Shown: piece after piece, positions 38,587-51,335 of the stretch | Layout: each line of letters opens with the position of its first letter | How positions within the stretch are numbered: position 1 is the first letter of the stretch | DNA from: Callorhinchus milii | Lineage: Eukaryota | Assembly: GCF_018977255.1 (NCBI RefSeq) | Contig: NW_024704743.1 | Coordinates: 83,764,001-83,828,000 of the forward strand | Direction of reading: 5' to 3' | DNA length: 64,000 bases | Position numbers and translations under genes: made by a program | The notes under the pieces: model-generated | What the model was told of the DNA's origin: nothing | Databases searched by the model: none | The model's input: only the letters and a program-made list of their open reading frames with translations

Positions 38587-38760
38587 ACGTTCTGAGCCGT
38601 GAGTGGATGCATCAAACACCTCGAGACGCCTCGTGTTCGATTTCAGTTGATTTGCAGAGGTTATCCCCCGGTAATAGGTGGGGGGGGAGGAGGAGGAGGG
38701 GGGGGGGGGGATAGTCTGTCCGTGGAGTGGAAGATCGGTTGGTTCCACTACAGTAGTTTC
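38587..38760 (-). other. Candidate distal first exon (5'UTR); 5' boundary unknown
   Basis: Donor AACGT|gtgagt at 38586-38581, directly downstream of the promoter motif cluster. The only ATG close to the donor (38612) has a weak Kozak context. Confidence 0.45.
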
Positions 38761-38784
38761 ATTTGCTGGTGTGCAATGCTCCAC

Positions 38785-38860
38785 CGCTTCCTGTTTTTAT
38801 CAAAGGTACTGTAGTGTGAGAGAGATGGGTGGGGATGGCTATTAATGCACCACAGCCAAT
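38785..38860 (-). promoter_or_regulatory. GATA + ETS + RUNX + CCAAT motif cluster
   Basis: Minus strand TGATAAAAACAGGAAGCG (GATA 38797-38802, ETS 38785-38794), TGTGGT at 38849-38854, and CCAAT at 38856-38860. Confidence 0.5.
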
Positions 38861-39127
38861 GGGTGAAGAAGACAGCGAACAGCTTTGCAACCTCTGCCAA
38901 ACTTCTCTTTGCTCCATCGGTTGCCTTTTGCATCCACTCTGCGACTCCCGACGACGTGTCGGGACAATTTTCCCGGAAAGCAGCCTTTGCCAAGGGTTTC
39001 GGGGGACTGACCTGACACTGCGGTGGTCCGAAGCAGCTCTCACGCCGTCCGCTTCTTGCTTTGAGAATGGAACGGGAAGAACGTTTGAATGTTAAAGAAT
39101 AATAACGTTAATAATAATGTTAACGAA

Positions 39128-40101
39128 CAACTTCCGCGTGTATGCGGATGACACCCAACTCTTATCTTTCGGCCTCCACTCTCAACTCCAGGACCACTGC
39201 TGTCCTGACAGACTGACTGTCGGACATCAAGTCCAGGATGAGGGCAAACTTCCTACAGTTGAATGTGAACAAGACTGAGGCCCTCCTGATTGGCTCACAC
39301 CAGCGCCTCAGCACCTCAGGCTCTGGCAGCATCAACCTCCACGGTTGCACACTTCAACTCACCGCCAGTCAGGAACGTAGGCGTCTTGTTCGACCCTCAA
39401 CTGTCCTTTTCTTCCCCACATTCAAGCCATGACCCGCTCTGCCTTCCCTCACCTCCGTAACATCGTCCGACTCCGCCACTACCTCAGGCCGTTGAAACTC
39501 TTGTTCATGCCTTCATCACCTCCAGGCTCGACTATGCCAACACCCTACTTGTTGGCCTTCCCAACTCCTCCCTCCACAGGCTGCAAATAATCCAGAACTC
39601 TGCAGCCCGTGTCCTCTCCCGCACCAAACTTCGTGACCCCATCTCCCCCACTCTCGCCCGACTCCACTGGCTCCCTATCCTTCAGAGGATCCAGTTCAAG
39701 ATCCTGGTCCTCACATACAAAGCCCTCCATAGTCTCAACCCACCCTACCTCTGAGACCTCCTAATCCCCTACCAACCCGCCTGTTCCTTCCGCTCAGCCG
39801 GCTCCGGCCTGCTCTACGTCCCCCGACCCACCCGCCCCACCATTGGTGGGAGAGCCTTTAGCCACTCTGCCCTCAACCTCTGGAATTCCATCCCCCAGTT
39901 ACTCCGCCTCACCCCCTCCTTAGCCTCCTTCAAGACCCGCCTCAAGACCCTCCTCTTCGACCATGTCATCGGCCACCCCCCCTTCCCCTCCCCTCCCTTA
40001 CACCCCCAATCCCAGCTCGGGTCTGAAATGCTGTACTCTATCCAGTGCCTTGGGACGTCCTTCCAACATGAAAGGCGCTAAAAAATGTAATCTTGTTGTT
40101 G
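39128..40101 (+). mobile_element. L2 LINE 3' fragment (intermediate age)
   Basis: FRVYADDTQL, RANFLQLNVNKTEALLIGS and HAFITSRLDYAN motifs, followed by the L2 tail GCCTTGGGACGTCC...GAAAGGCGCT...TTGTTG. Confidence 0.9.
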
Positions 40102-40534
40102 TAATAATAATAGATAATAATCATAATCCCGGCATTTGATACAGCACCTATAATAATCCTAATAATCCTCGCATTTGATAAAGCACCTTATTATGTGTTT
40201 GAGATGTCTCAAAGTGCTTCACACTGCCCCCACTCTAAAACTCCATCCCATGGTCCCTTCGCCTCGCTTCCTCCTTTGCCTCCATCAAGGCCGGTCTCAA
40301 GACACTTCTCTTCGACCATGCCTTTGGTCTCCCTCACACCTCTCGGCCTTCCCTCACCTCCACACCACTCCTCCCCCATTCTCGGGCTCCAACACCTGAC
40401 TGTTCAGCGCTTTGGGACGTCCACCTGACGTGAAAGGTGCTCTATAAGTATCATTTTGTTGTTGTTGTTCACAGAATATATTGCAAAGTGTAGTGCGTGT
40501 GCATTTTACAGGTGAATGTCCATTTGACGCACAT

Positions 40535-41790
40535 TCCGCTCCCTCAAAATGCAAACCCGGATGCTCAAGCGTGCAGTTTGCATAAATCCGGCCTCACAAT
40601 CCACCGCCAGCTGGGGCTCAAGCATCTCTGCACCTATCGCCTCTCCCTCTCGCAGGCCAAAACTGTCTTTTACTTAAAAAAATTGCGGAAGCTAAAAACA
40701 ACTCAAAGGCACTGTTCTCCACCATCCATCACCTCCTTCCCGCACCGCCCCAAGCTGCCTCCATCCTCACCTCCGATGCCAAGTGTGAAGAGGTTCTCGA
40801 CTTCTTTGTGTCAAAGATCAAAAACATCCGCTTGTCTGCATCCTCCTCTCCTATGTTCCCTTCCGCACCCTCCAGACCATCTATACCAACCCCTCCTTCG
40901 CCACGGCCCCTACCACCCCCCCACCCCCACTCCTTTGACCCAATTACTCCCCCCTCCCTCTCAACTACCATCTCCCAGATGAAGCCCACCACCTGCTGCC
41001 TTGACCCCCTCCCCATCTAGTTTCTGGTCACTCAACTCCTCTTCCTCTCCCACTGCTGGCCGACACAGTCAACCAGTTGCTCTCCTCAGGCTCTATTCCT
41101 CTCCCCCTGAAAATCGTTGGCATCACTCCCCTCATTAAAAGAAACACTCTTGACCTTTCCAACCTTAGAAATTACTGTTCCATTTCCAACCTGCCCTTCC
41201 TTGACAAAGCTCTGGAACGCATTGTCGCTAACCAGCTTTTCTCTCGCCTCTCCCTTCACTCCCTCCTGAAACCCCTCCAGTCTGGTTTCCGCCCTGCCTG
41301 TAGCACAGAAACAAGGCTAGTCAAGGTCACAAACAATGTCCTCTCTCTCTGTGTGACCTCGTCCTTCCAGACCTCTCTGCCATGTTTGACACAGTCGACC
41401 ATGCCATCCTCATTCACTGCCTCTCCTCCTTCATCCACCTTAGTGGGATTGCACTGGCCTAGTTCGAGTCCTACCTAACAAACCTCTTCACTTTGTCTCT
41501 TCAAACTGTTTTTCCTCCCACCCCCATCCTCGTGCCCTCTGTTCCACCATCAGTGGCTGCACTTTCAGCCACTATGGCCTGAAACTCTCGAACAATCTTC
41601 CTCTATCCCTCCACCTTGCCCCTTCCTTACCCATCTTCAGATCGTGCCTGAAGAAGCTTCCTCTTCGAGTGTGCTTACAGTCACCTCCTCCCCACTCCCT
41701 CCCCTGGCTTGGCGATGTGCTCTGCCACTGCCGTCTGGGACGCTACCCTGTGTGAGGGGCACTATATAAATGCAAGTTGTTGTTGTTATC
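40535..41790 (+). mobile_element. L2 LINE fragment with internal deletion
   Basis: MKPTTCCLDPLP, NYCSISNLPFLDKALERIVA and LQSGFRPACSTETRLVKVTN, then a jump at ~41530 to a 3'-end segment with tail. Confidence 0.85.
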
Positions 41791-42309
41791 CTCAGATAGT
41801 AATAAGAGCTGGATGCCCTTAAAAAGAGGAGGGGCTAAATTAATCAGAGACTATTATACTTTCTGTATCTTTGAATCTCTCTGTCTCGTGTTTTTAATTT
41901 GACTGACCTTGCCAATCTTAATAGTGTTGTAAAGCAGGTCAAAGTGGGTTACTTCTGATCCTTTGTCATACACTGACAACAAACAAATGCTCACTTTCAA
42001 TCTCTCCACCTGGTGTAAATTTAAAAATCAAAAGCCTGATAGAATGCAGGAACACCCCTAGGTTTTAATTGTTGGTATTTCTTAATTATATTCCCTTTGG
42101 CTAGAATTCCACTCCAGAAGTACCTTGTGTTGGATCGGGCTTCTAGCAGGTTGGCCTAACATGTTTCTTGTTGCCTGGAGATATCACAATTATATAACTT
42201 CGCTTTCAGTTTTGTTACAAATATAGTAACTGTAATTTTACACTAACAGTAATTGTATATACTGTAACAACAATATCAATTTACATTTATATTGCAGGTT
42301 TAATTTCAG

Positions 42310-42678
42310 GATAATAATAGTAATAATCCTTACATTTGAAATAGCGCCTTATCACGTCTTGAAGGTGTCTCAAAGCGCTTCACAGAATGCATTGTAAAAT
42401 AAATTGACTGTATATTTTGTGGGCGAAACGCAGCAGCCAATTGCATATAGCAGTATCCCACAAACAGTCGTGGATTGAGTGACCAAATTTTTTTTAAAAA
42501 GGAATTATTACCCCCGGAAAAGCGATCCGACAATCAACTAACAACCGGGATCCGACTTACTACCAGGTAAATAGAGACTTGTGGAGTAAGGAAACTTGCC
42601 CAACGTTTCGCCTTGCCTGGGAATCGAATGCAGGTCCTCTTGCTTGTGAGACAAGTGCTCTAACCACTAATCTCCAGG
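42310..42678 (-). mobile_element. tRNA-derived SINE, long form
   Basis: Aligns end to end with 11808-12165. Confidence 0.9.
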
Positions 42679-43389
42679 ATGAAGCACTTTTATACACAGC
42701 TGCCTGTGCACTCAAGTGGGTGGGGGAGGGGTTGGGGGTGCAGCTGAAGAGGATGCGGAGGGGGAGGGGAAGGATTACCAAAAACTTAGTAGAATAGAAA
42801 GGTATTACTTTCATCAAAAGTAAAAACTTTTAAAAACTTTAAATGTGGGAAGAAATGGGACAAGGTGGAGGGAGCAATGGAGTTCCAGAAAGTGTGTGTG
42901 TGTGGGGGGTGCGGGGGGGGGGGGGGGTGGAGGAAGGGAGATAGGTGAAAGCTTGCCCACCAAGGGCAGAGGGGATCAGGCAGGAGCTATGAAACATACT
43001 GCTGTTAACTAAGTGAAAGGAATTGGACAGTTTGGTAGGGTTGCAGAAGATTGCACAGGTAGGGTAACATGAGGGCATGGATGGATTTTAATGTGAGGAC
43101 AGCAATTTTGAATTCAATCTGCTGGGGGATGGGGAGACTGTGGAGCCTACTTTTACCAATTTGTACCAATTTTGATTTGGAATAACTATAACTTAACAAT
43201 TATACAATATCTTTCACATAGGCTAATGTCTTGAAAATCGCTTCAAATAGTTTGCTTGGGCAAGGCATCAGCCACCCAGGTATACTGTATCTCAGTATAA
43301 GAAAAGAGGAGTCAAACCCTCAGGAATAGAAAAAGATTTGTCAAGAGAAGAAAAAAAAGTGCAATGTCACTTTATTGAGAACTTGGAAT

Positions 43390-43995
43390 CCTTGTTTTTA
43401 GTTATCCGGTATCTGACACATGCGGAAACCCACCACCACGCTTAAGAGTATCCAAACCAAGCTGAGATTTCCATGCAGCCCACCTACAAACAGAAATCTC
43501 AAGAGATAGATTGTTGGAATGGAATGTGCATTCTCTCTTTGGAGGGATGCATCCTGCTTATCTAATTCCCGAAAGTATTAGGCGCAAGTTGGCAAGAACC
43601 AAGGGGACCGCAGAGTGTAAGTTGGTGTACTGCTGGAGTCTAAGCTACTAAAACTGCATAACTTACCATTGATATTGCTGTCTGGCAAGCTTTCCCACTG
43701 CTTACCCAGTAGGACCATCCTACCCATTGAGGCTTTGACTTGCAGGATTAACAGGAGCTGAGTGGGATGACCCCCTGGCTCCAGTGACTGGTCTGCCCTC
43801 CCAAGTCCTGCCAAAAAGCCAGGCTGGCTGTGAGTCATCAGCAGTGCCCTGGAATATCTGGATCTGCTTGGCTTAGGAACCGGACTAAGGAGACGCCACA
43901 GAGGACTGGCTCGATTCCGACATTCCATTGCCAGGCACGTCACCTTGGAGCTAGTTCAGCTCCAAGGAGACCCCGCTTGCCTCCCCACCAAGGAG
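43390..43995 (-). repeat. Unclassified interspersed repeat, copy A
   Basis: Its reverse complement aligns colinearly with 57625-58122 (e.g. CTTGGAGCTGAACTAGC, GCAGACCAGTCACTGG, CAGCTCCTGTTAA, GGGAAAGCTT, CTTGCCAAC, GCATGTGTCA). Confidence 0.8.
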
Positions 43996-45264
43996 ACAAG
44001 AAGACTGAAGTCCAGAAATAGCCTGCTCCGAAATGTCTCTGAAACTCACACATGCCTGTGAGTGGGCTGAGTTTGTCCTAAAGCATGCAAATCATTTGCT
44101 CTAGAAATGCGTAAAAATATGAATGCTTAAAATAGGTTTCCTTTACAAATATATTGTCCAATAAACATTCGGTCTAACATACAATGATTTCTGACAACAT
44201 TCCATCAGGATTGTGGCTCCATTCAATGACTGGAAGTATGTTATTAATATCCAGCTCACCCACAGGTGCTCTGCTCCCAAGTAGATCACGTTGGAGCAAG
44301 CTTTCCATGAGTTGGCATGACATACTTTTGGTTTCCTTATTAATGATTCCCAATAGAAATGGCCAGATATTAGTTCATTTAAATAGTTGTCTGGAGTACT
44401 GTATTGCACAGGTATTACAATGCTTTTGGGATCACTGAGCAAGAGGAATTTGAGGATATCGACCAATTGCATGGTTAAGGAGATATGCCTTGAACAATAT
44501 TTTGAAGGTAGAGAAAAAGGTGCAAGGTGAAGGGATTTTAGGACAGAGTTCCAGAAGGGGGTACAAGGCACACAAGGAATAAAGGCTCAACCACTAGTGA
44601 TGGGACATGGGGAGTATGAGCAACCAGAATTAGAATCAGAAGAGTGGAAGGTAAGGGCAAGAAGATAGAGCTGGAGGAGAAAAGAACATTAAAGCATTTG
44701 AAGATCAGAACAAGGATCTCAAACTGGAGTTGAACTGGAGTACTGGGAGCCAGTGGAGTTTAGCAAGGATAAAAGTGAGAAGCGGCATGGACTGTGGAAC
44801 CTTTTATGGATTGTAGGCAGGAAGATTATTATTATCTGGCTGGTGGCTCTAGTCTGGAGAAATCTAATCTTGAAATGACAAATGAAATAACATTCATGAA
44901 AGTTACATGAGTGATAATGAATAAAGGCGTTGATGAAAAATAGGAGCATTAATTGGTGATATTCTGGAGATGATCATCCAGGTTCGTGAAATCCACCATG
45001 TTGATAAGAACCAGGACTGCCTTCCAGACTCTCAATCGTCTTGTGCTTTCATTTGATTAAGAGAAGTCCTGAGATGAGGCCTCTACCTAAAGGATTTGTG
45101 TTATCATGAAATGTCTGTGCGAATGAGACTTGCGAAGTCAACATCAGAAAATCTGCTCTTCATAACCACCACACAAGTCACCAAAAAATACAGTTCTAAC
45201 AAAGATTTCAACATGCACGATCCATTTTGGCTATTAACATGTCTCTTGAGATCATTACTGTCAC

Positions 45265-46865
45265 CTGTCTCCTTCTCTCTCACCACCCACATTAAACCCA
45301 CGATCTGCTCCCTCGACCACATCCCAATCCTTCTCCTTAGCTCCCAGCTCCACCTCCTTGCCCCTCTACTCACAGACAGCATCAACTTCTTCTTGTCCAC
45401 TGACACCGTTCCCACCCCCTTAAAAACAGCCGTCAGCACCCCTATCCAAAAAAAACCTTCCCTGAACCCAACCCTGCTCTCAAACTACCACCCCATCTCC
45501 AACTTTCCTTTCCAAGGTCCTGGACTGAGCTGTTGCTTCCAAGCTTTGCTTCCTTCCTCTCCCACCACTTCCTATACAAACTCCTCCAATCGGGTTTCCA
45601 TGCTGCCCACAGCAGAGGAACAGCCTTGGTCAAAGTGACAAATGATATTTTGTCTATTTGTTACCAGTGCTCCCTCTGTCTCCTCGTCCTCCTTGACCTT
45701 TTGGCTGGCTTTGATACCATCGACCACTCTATCCTCATCCACCATTTCTCCTCTCACCTCAACCTTCATGGTTCTGTCCTTGAATGGTTCAGATCCTATC
45801 TCTCAAACTGGCTCCACTATATCTCCACAAACAACTTCTTCTCCAGCCCCCACATTGTCTCATGTGGTGCTCCTCAGGGTTCTGTCCTCGGTCCTCTCCT
45901 CTTCATGCTCCCTCTTGGTGACATCATTCGCAGACATGGGGACAACTTCCACATGTACGCGGATGACACCCAACTCTGTCTCTGCCTCCACCTTCAACTT
46001 CAGGACCACTGCTGTCCTGACAGAATGTCTGTCAGACATCAAATCCTGGATGAGAGCTAACTTACTACAATTGAATATCAACAAGACCGAGGCCCTCCTG
46101 ATTGGCTCCCGAAAGCGCCTCCACACCTCAGGCGCTGACAGCATCACCATCCAAGGATGCACACTCTACCTCATTGAGCCAGTCCGAACCTTGGCGTCTT
46201 GTTCGAACCTCAATTGACCTTTCTACCCCACATCCATGCCATCACCTGCTCTGCCTTCCCCCATCGCCACAACATCACCCAGCTCTGCCACTGCCTCACT
46301 ACTCATGCCACCGAAACCCTCATCCACGCATTCATCACATCTCGGCTCAACTATGCCAAATCCCTGCTTATTGGCCTTCCCAACTCTTCCCTCCACAAGC
46401 TGCAGATCATCTAGAACTCTGTAATTCGTGTCCTCATCACCCCTACCCTCGCCTGGCTTCACTGGCTCCCCATCCCCCAGAAGATAGAGTTCAAAATCCT
46501 CATCGTCGCCTTCAAGACCCTCCACAGCCTTGTTCCTTCCTACCTCTGTGACCTGCTAACCCTATATTATCCTGTCCGCTCCCTCCATTCAGCAGGCTCC
46601 GGCCTGTTCCACGTCCCCTGTCCGGCCTGCTTCACCATCGGCTGTCGAGCCTTCAGCCTCTCTGCCCCCACCCTTTGGAATTCCATCCTACAATCCCTTC
46701 ACCTCGCTCCCTCCATTGCCTCCTTCAAGGTACATCTCAAGACCCTCCTCTTCTACCCTCCCTGATCTCACACACCCCACTGCTCGGGAACAAATCCCTG
46801 ACTGTCCAGCGCTTTGGGACTTCCTCCTGACTTGAAAGGCGCTATACAAATGGAATTTTGTATTG
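45265..46865 (+). mobile_element. L2 LINE RT + 3' region, frameshifted
   Basis: [21 protein letters not shown]...LLDLLAGFDTIDH...[13 protein letters not shown]...[10 protein letters not shown], followed by the tail at ~46810-46860. Confidence 0.92.
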
Positions 46866-48218
46866 ATTGCTTGGAGTGAAGATGTTCTGCTGTATAGAGG
46901 GGCCTCAGTGCGTGGAACGACCCTTTTATCATTGCATTGTCTCGGTGTTTTTTTGACCGCAATATTCTGTTACTATTAATTAGCAACCATAGAAACCATT
47001 ACAGTGGCCCAGCAATCAGAAAGCATGGAAAGCATTGGTTATCTCTGTACAGCAGTCTTCTGGGAATTTCTGCTTCGACTCATCTCATCCGTCTTGCCTT
47101 TGTGTATCCATAACACTGGATAGTTGACAGCAATTACATGCCTGTGAAGCATCCTCACAAGTTTTGACATTGCAGTCGCTATAGCACATGTGTGGCTTAT
47201 TATTTTATACACCAGCATTCATGGTATAAGATTTTTGCTTCTAAGATTCCATGATCAGAGAGAGATCAATAGCCAGTGGCTTCAAGGCATGTTTGACTGC
47301 AATTAACTTAGCAGGTTTCCCAAGTGATGTGAGATAGACAGTAACAAGGCTTGATATAGCACAATGTAAAAATTTAAATTCTTATCAATATGCACAAACA
47401 AATCTTTAGGCATTTTCTGTATACAGTAATTTATTTTTTACGAAGAAAAGGTTTTGTGTGAAGAGTACATTAACAGCACAGTGCTGTGTGGTGTGTTATA
47501 TAAAAGTGAAATTCTTGAAGAGCAAAGACATTGGTAAAGAAACTGGTTTATGCAACCCTATCTAACATTCTTCAAGCCAAAGGAAAATTTATCTTGAACC
47601 TGAATGCTCAGACTTTAAAATCACTCATTTAAAATTTCACCCCCATCTTTGCTTGTACTGTAGTTTTGTCAGTGTATGAGTCCTTGTAATCACTTCCCTT
47701 TCCCCTGGAATCCCAAGGTAACAAAGTACCTTTGGTAGAGTGACTGGCTAAATAATTGTTCATCGCCCTCTCCCAGTCGTGCTGTGAACCATCTGGTACA
47801 TGGCACTGTTGTATTGATAATCCTTTCTGACTTTACCTCTTTCCTCGTCCCGCCACAGATAGATGTTTCACCTCCACCTGTCAGTGCAACTGAATCTGAC
47901 ATCTCACAGATTGGATCTGTACCTCACATTGCCAATGCCACCATGTCATTAAGCCACCTCTGTTGCTTGCAGTTATCTTGCATTTGTATTTGTCTTACAT
48001 GTCTTTGATTGCATATCATTTTCCGTACATCATAAGGAGGGACCTAAGTACTAAAAATAAATCCTTGTAATTGTTACAGATCCTATAACATTGAAATGTC
48101 TACCAGAGATTCACAGGTAATAACTGTCAATGTAGAGACTGTGTATTTGTAGCAAAAGTAGCAGCCATATTGCGCACAGCAAAGACCCACAGACAGCCAC
48201 TAACTGGAGGATTGTTGG

Positions 48219-48374
48219 CAGGGGCGGTATTGGGCCCATGCAACTCATGCAATTGCACGGGGGCCCACCAAAACAGTCAGAGACCCCGAGTGGTAATAAA
48301 TGTACATGAGTTTCCTGATCTGAGATAAATCAGAACCTTTGCACAGGGTCCCTGCAAGGCAAGCAATGCTCCTG
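48219..48374. mobile_element. hAT-type (Tip100/MER91-like) MITE nested in a Deu-SINE
   Basis: Ends CAGGGGC...GCTCCTG. Imperfect 8-bp TSD ATTGTTGG (48211-18) / ATTGTCAG (48375-82). Subterminal TGCAC(A/G)GGG motifs. The SINE sequence continues on both sides. Confidence 0.6.
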
Positions 48375-50424
48375 ATTGTCAGGCTGGACACAGGGAGAAA
48401 TGTCTTTCTAATAATAGCCTGAGATAGAGCAGGTGCTCCAGTATTGCTGCTGAGACAACATGAACCCTGTGGTTCAACATCCTGGACTACAGGCAGGGAT
48501 CTGTCGTTGAACTGTGTGTAATTGAATCATTGCCATGCTTAGCGCTCAATTTTCTCTTTGATAGGTACACCTTCTATTGTTGCTTCACAATCATTCTCAG
48601 TGTAATGTTTCAGTTGGAGTAATTACAGCACAGAAAGCAGCTGAGGGGTGAATAGTGTCATGCAGTGTGGATAATGATGTTATAAATAATAAATATACTT
48701 TAATCTATTTTCCATTACGCCTGAAAGCAATTAAAAGAGAAGATGTTGAACCGAGTCATGTTGCCAATATGATAGAAACCATAAAGACATCATGTATCAT
48801 TTAAACCTCTTTTGTTCAAGTGCCCACCATAAAGGACTTTAAACCTCACGAAAAATCCTGAGTTAGTCCCTATTTCTGTTTAATGTCAGTTCAGTCATTC
48901 CCTCCCACTCTTAGATTCCCTAATGTCCCACCCCCAGCTCTCCCCAAGTTAGTGTTAAGCAGTTATTATGCAGTCAGCGGGTCCACCAGCTCAGGTCCAG
49001 CTTTGTGGTCAGGATCTCAGATCTAAGGTCCAGTGCTATGATTTCACACCTTCCTGGTACTACTGGCTCCTAGTATTCTAGGCAGCCAGGTTCCAATATG
49101 AATTGCTTTGCAGTCATTGCGACTCACATCCAATTTACATTGTTTTTTTTGCAGCTATTCAAAATATAAACTGGGCATAAGGTGCTTTCCCCCTCTTAAG
49201 AATCTCGTTAGACGGATTAGCAAAAAACTGTTCACCGCAATGTATTAACAACAACAACTTGCATTTATATTGTAAGTGCCCGACCCCTTACAATATAAGC
49301 TTGGGTCAGAAACACTGATTGTCCAGTGCCTTGGGACGTCCACCCGACATGAAAGGCACTATACAAATGTAATTTTGTTGTTGCTGTATTGTATATTTCA
49401 CATAGAATAATGCCTCAAAGTTCTTTACAAAGATGGTGTAGGAGCCTGAGCTGGGAGGGAGATGGGGCTGGGGTGGCTCAAGACACTGTTGAAGAAATAA
49501 GTTTTTCGATGGGTTTTAAAAGCAGAAAGGGAAAGGGTGAGGTGGAGGGAAAGAAATAAGGCAGAAACATTTTGGAAGATATTTCAGTTCCCTGTCCAGT
49601 CTTTAAGAATGTAAAAATTGTCACATTAAACTTGTGAAAAATAAAAAATAGGTTGCATTTTTCCCTGAGAACATGTATTTATATTTCTCCCTCCTCTATT
49701 TCACTGCTTTTAACTCTCAGAAAATTTGCATGACATTTATGGCATAATGTAGACTCCTTTCTCTGGTGTAAAAATGCATTGAAATGAGAGTTATTGCGAT
49801 TAGAAATCTTTGTCTTTGACAGTAAATAAGCCAGCTGGGAATGGAAGGGGTGAGGGAGACCTGACAGCAGAGAATGGAGATAAAGCAATGCTGTCTCAGG
49901 ACTTGTTCTGCAGTGTATTTCTAATCATGAACATCTTAAGGTAACCTAATTTACAGAGGGCTAAAGATTTTAATTCCCCATTAAGAAGTCTGAATTTAAA
50001 TCACACTTACTGTCAGAATTTCCCATTGCAGACTGATTTTCATTTATCTTGTACATCATTGGAGTTTCCTTTTTTGAACCATCATTTTACTTTGAACGCA
50101 TTTTGTTTCTGCCTTATCCCTTTAGCAGGTTCTGTCATGTTTTGCTGATTTAAATCCCATCCTATGAATATTCTGTGGTTTTCTTACTGCTTCTAATTTC
50201 CTGTAGCTAAGAATGTGCTGGGAAGCAAGTGAATGGAGATGGCAAAATGATATCAAAACAAAAGGATATTTCATCCTGTAGATCACACATTTTTAAAAAA
50301 AAATAGGGGCCTGCTAGCTGGAGCATATGATTTGGGATCAGAATGTATCATTAGCTCCTGATTTTAGTACACTCATTGTGGAAAGATTAAATTAAATGTC
50401 ATTGTTGTTATCGATGATATAACA

Positions 50425-51335
50425 TCCTGACTCAGCTGGGAGCATTGTCACCCCTGTGCCAGAGGTTGTGGGTTCAAACCCCGCTTCAGGCATTGAGCTC
50501 ACAGTCCGGGCTGGAATTTCGGCGCAGTGCCTTGGGTGTTGCCTTGTCAGAGCTGCCATTCTTTGGATGAGACATTAAACAACACCAAAAACTTGCATTT
50601 ATGTAGGGCCCAGACTAACTCAGGATTTATATAGCGTCCCAGAGTGCTTGACAGTGGTGGAGGACGACTCCAAGCTGGGGGGTGGGGGTTGACTGTAGGC
50701 ACTGTTGAATAGTAAGGTCTTCAGGCGCAACCTGAAAATGGGGAAGGAAGGGGCAAGTCAGAGGGATAGAGGAAGAGTGTTCCAGAGTTTCGGGGCGGAG
50801 TGGCTGAAAGCATGGCCACCAATGGTAGAACGGAGGGCACGAGGGACATGCAGAAGACCGGAGCCAGTTGAGTGGAGGCAACAGGTTGTGGGTTGGGGGC
50901 TAAGCAGATCGGAAAGATAAGGAGGTGCCAGGGCATGAAGGGATTTGAAAACGAGTGTGAGAATCTTGAACTTGACTTGTTCGGTAACAGGAGCCAGTAG
51001 AGGTTGTCAGAACTGGTGTAATCGGGGTACGGAATTTAGTAGGGGTGAGTATGCGAGTAAACCAAGATCCCATCCGCCTATTCGGGTGGATGTTAAAGAT
51101 CCCATGGCACTTTTCAAAAAGAGAAGGGGGTTAGCCCGGTGTTCTGACTAACAATCCCCCAAATAAAATTATTCACTCACTTCATGGCTCTTTGTGGAAC
51201 ATTGCTGTGCACAAATTGGCTGTTGTGTTCACCTACAAATTCATTATTAAACTTTATAATAAAAACCTGTGAAGCATTTGAAATATCGTTCTGATGTGAA
51301 ACATGCTATATCAAATGCAATGAGCATTATAATTA
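50425..51335 (+). mobile_element. Deu-domain SINE split by a minus-strand L2 3' fragment (50581-51058)
   Basis: The head to GGATGAGACATTAAAC ends at 50580, and the SINE resumes TAAACCAAGATCC...GGTGGATGTTAAAGATCCCATGGCAC at ~51058. TAAAC is duplicated. Confidence 0.8.

Larger units (their letters stand above)
38078..39060. promoter_or_regulatory. CpG-island-like region with C/G tracts; probable promoter region of the minus-strand gene
   Basis: CpG density is visibly much higher than in the flanks. Poly-C runs at 38140-38235 and a pyrimidine tract at 38370-38480. Confidence 0.7.

Noticed and set aside
38437..38784. 115-aa ORF 'MEHCTPANE...' as a first coding exon
   Set aside because: It starts at GTG rather than ATG, runs through a poly-C tract and past the donor, and resembles no protein I recognise.
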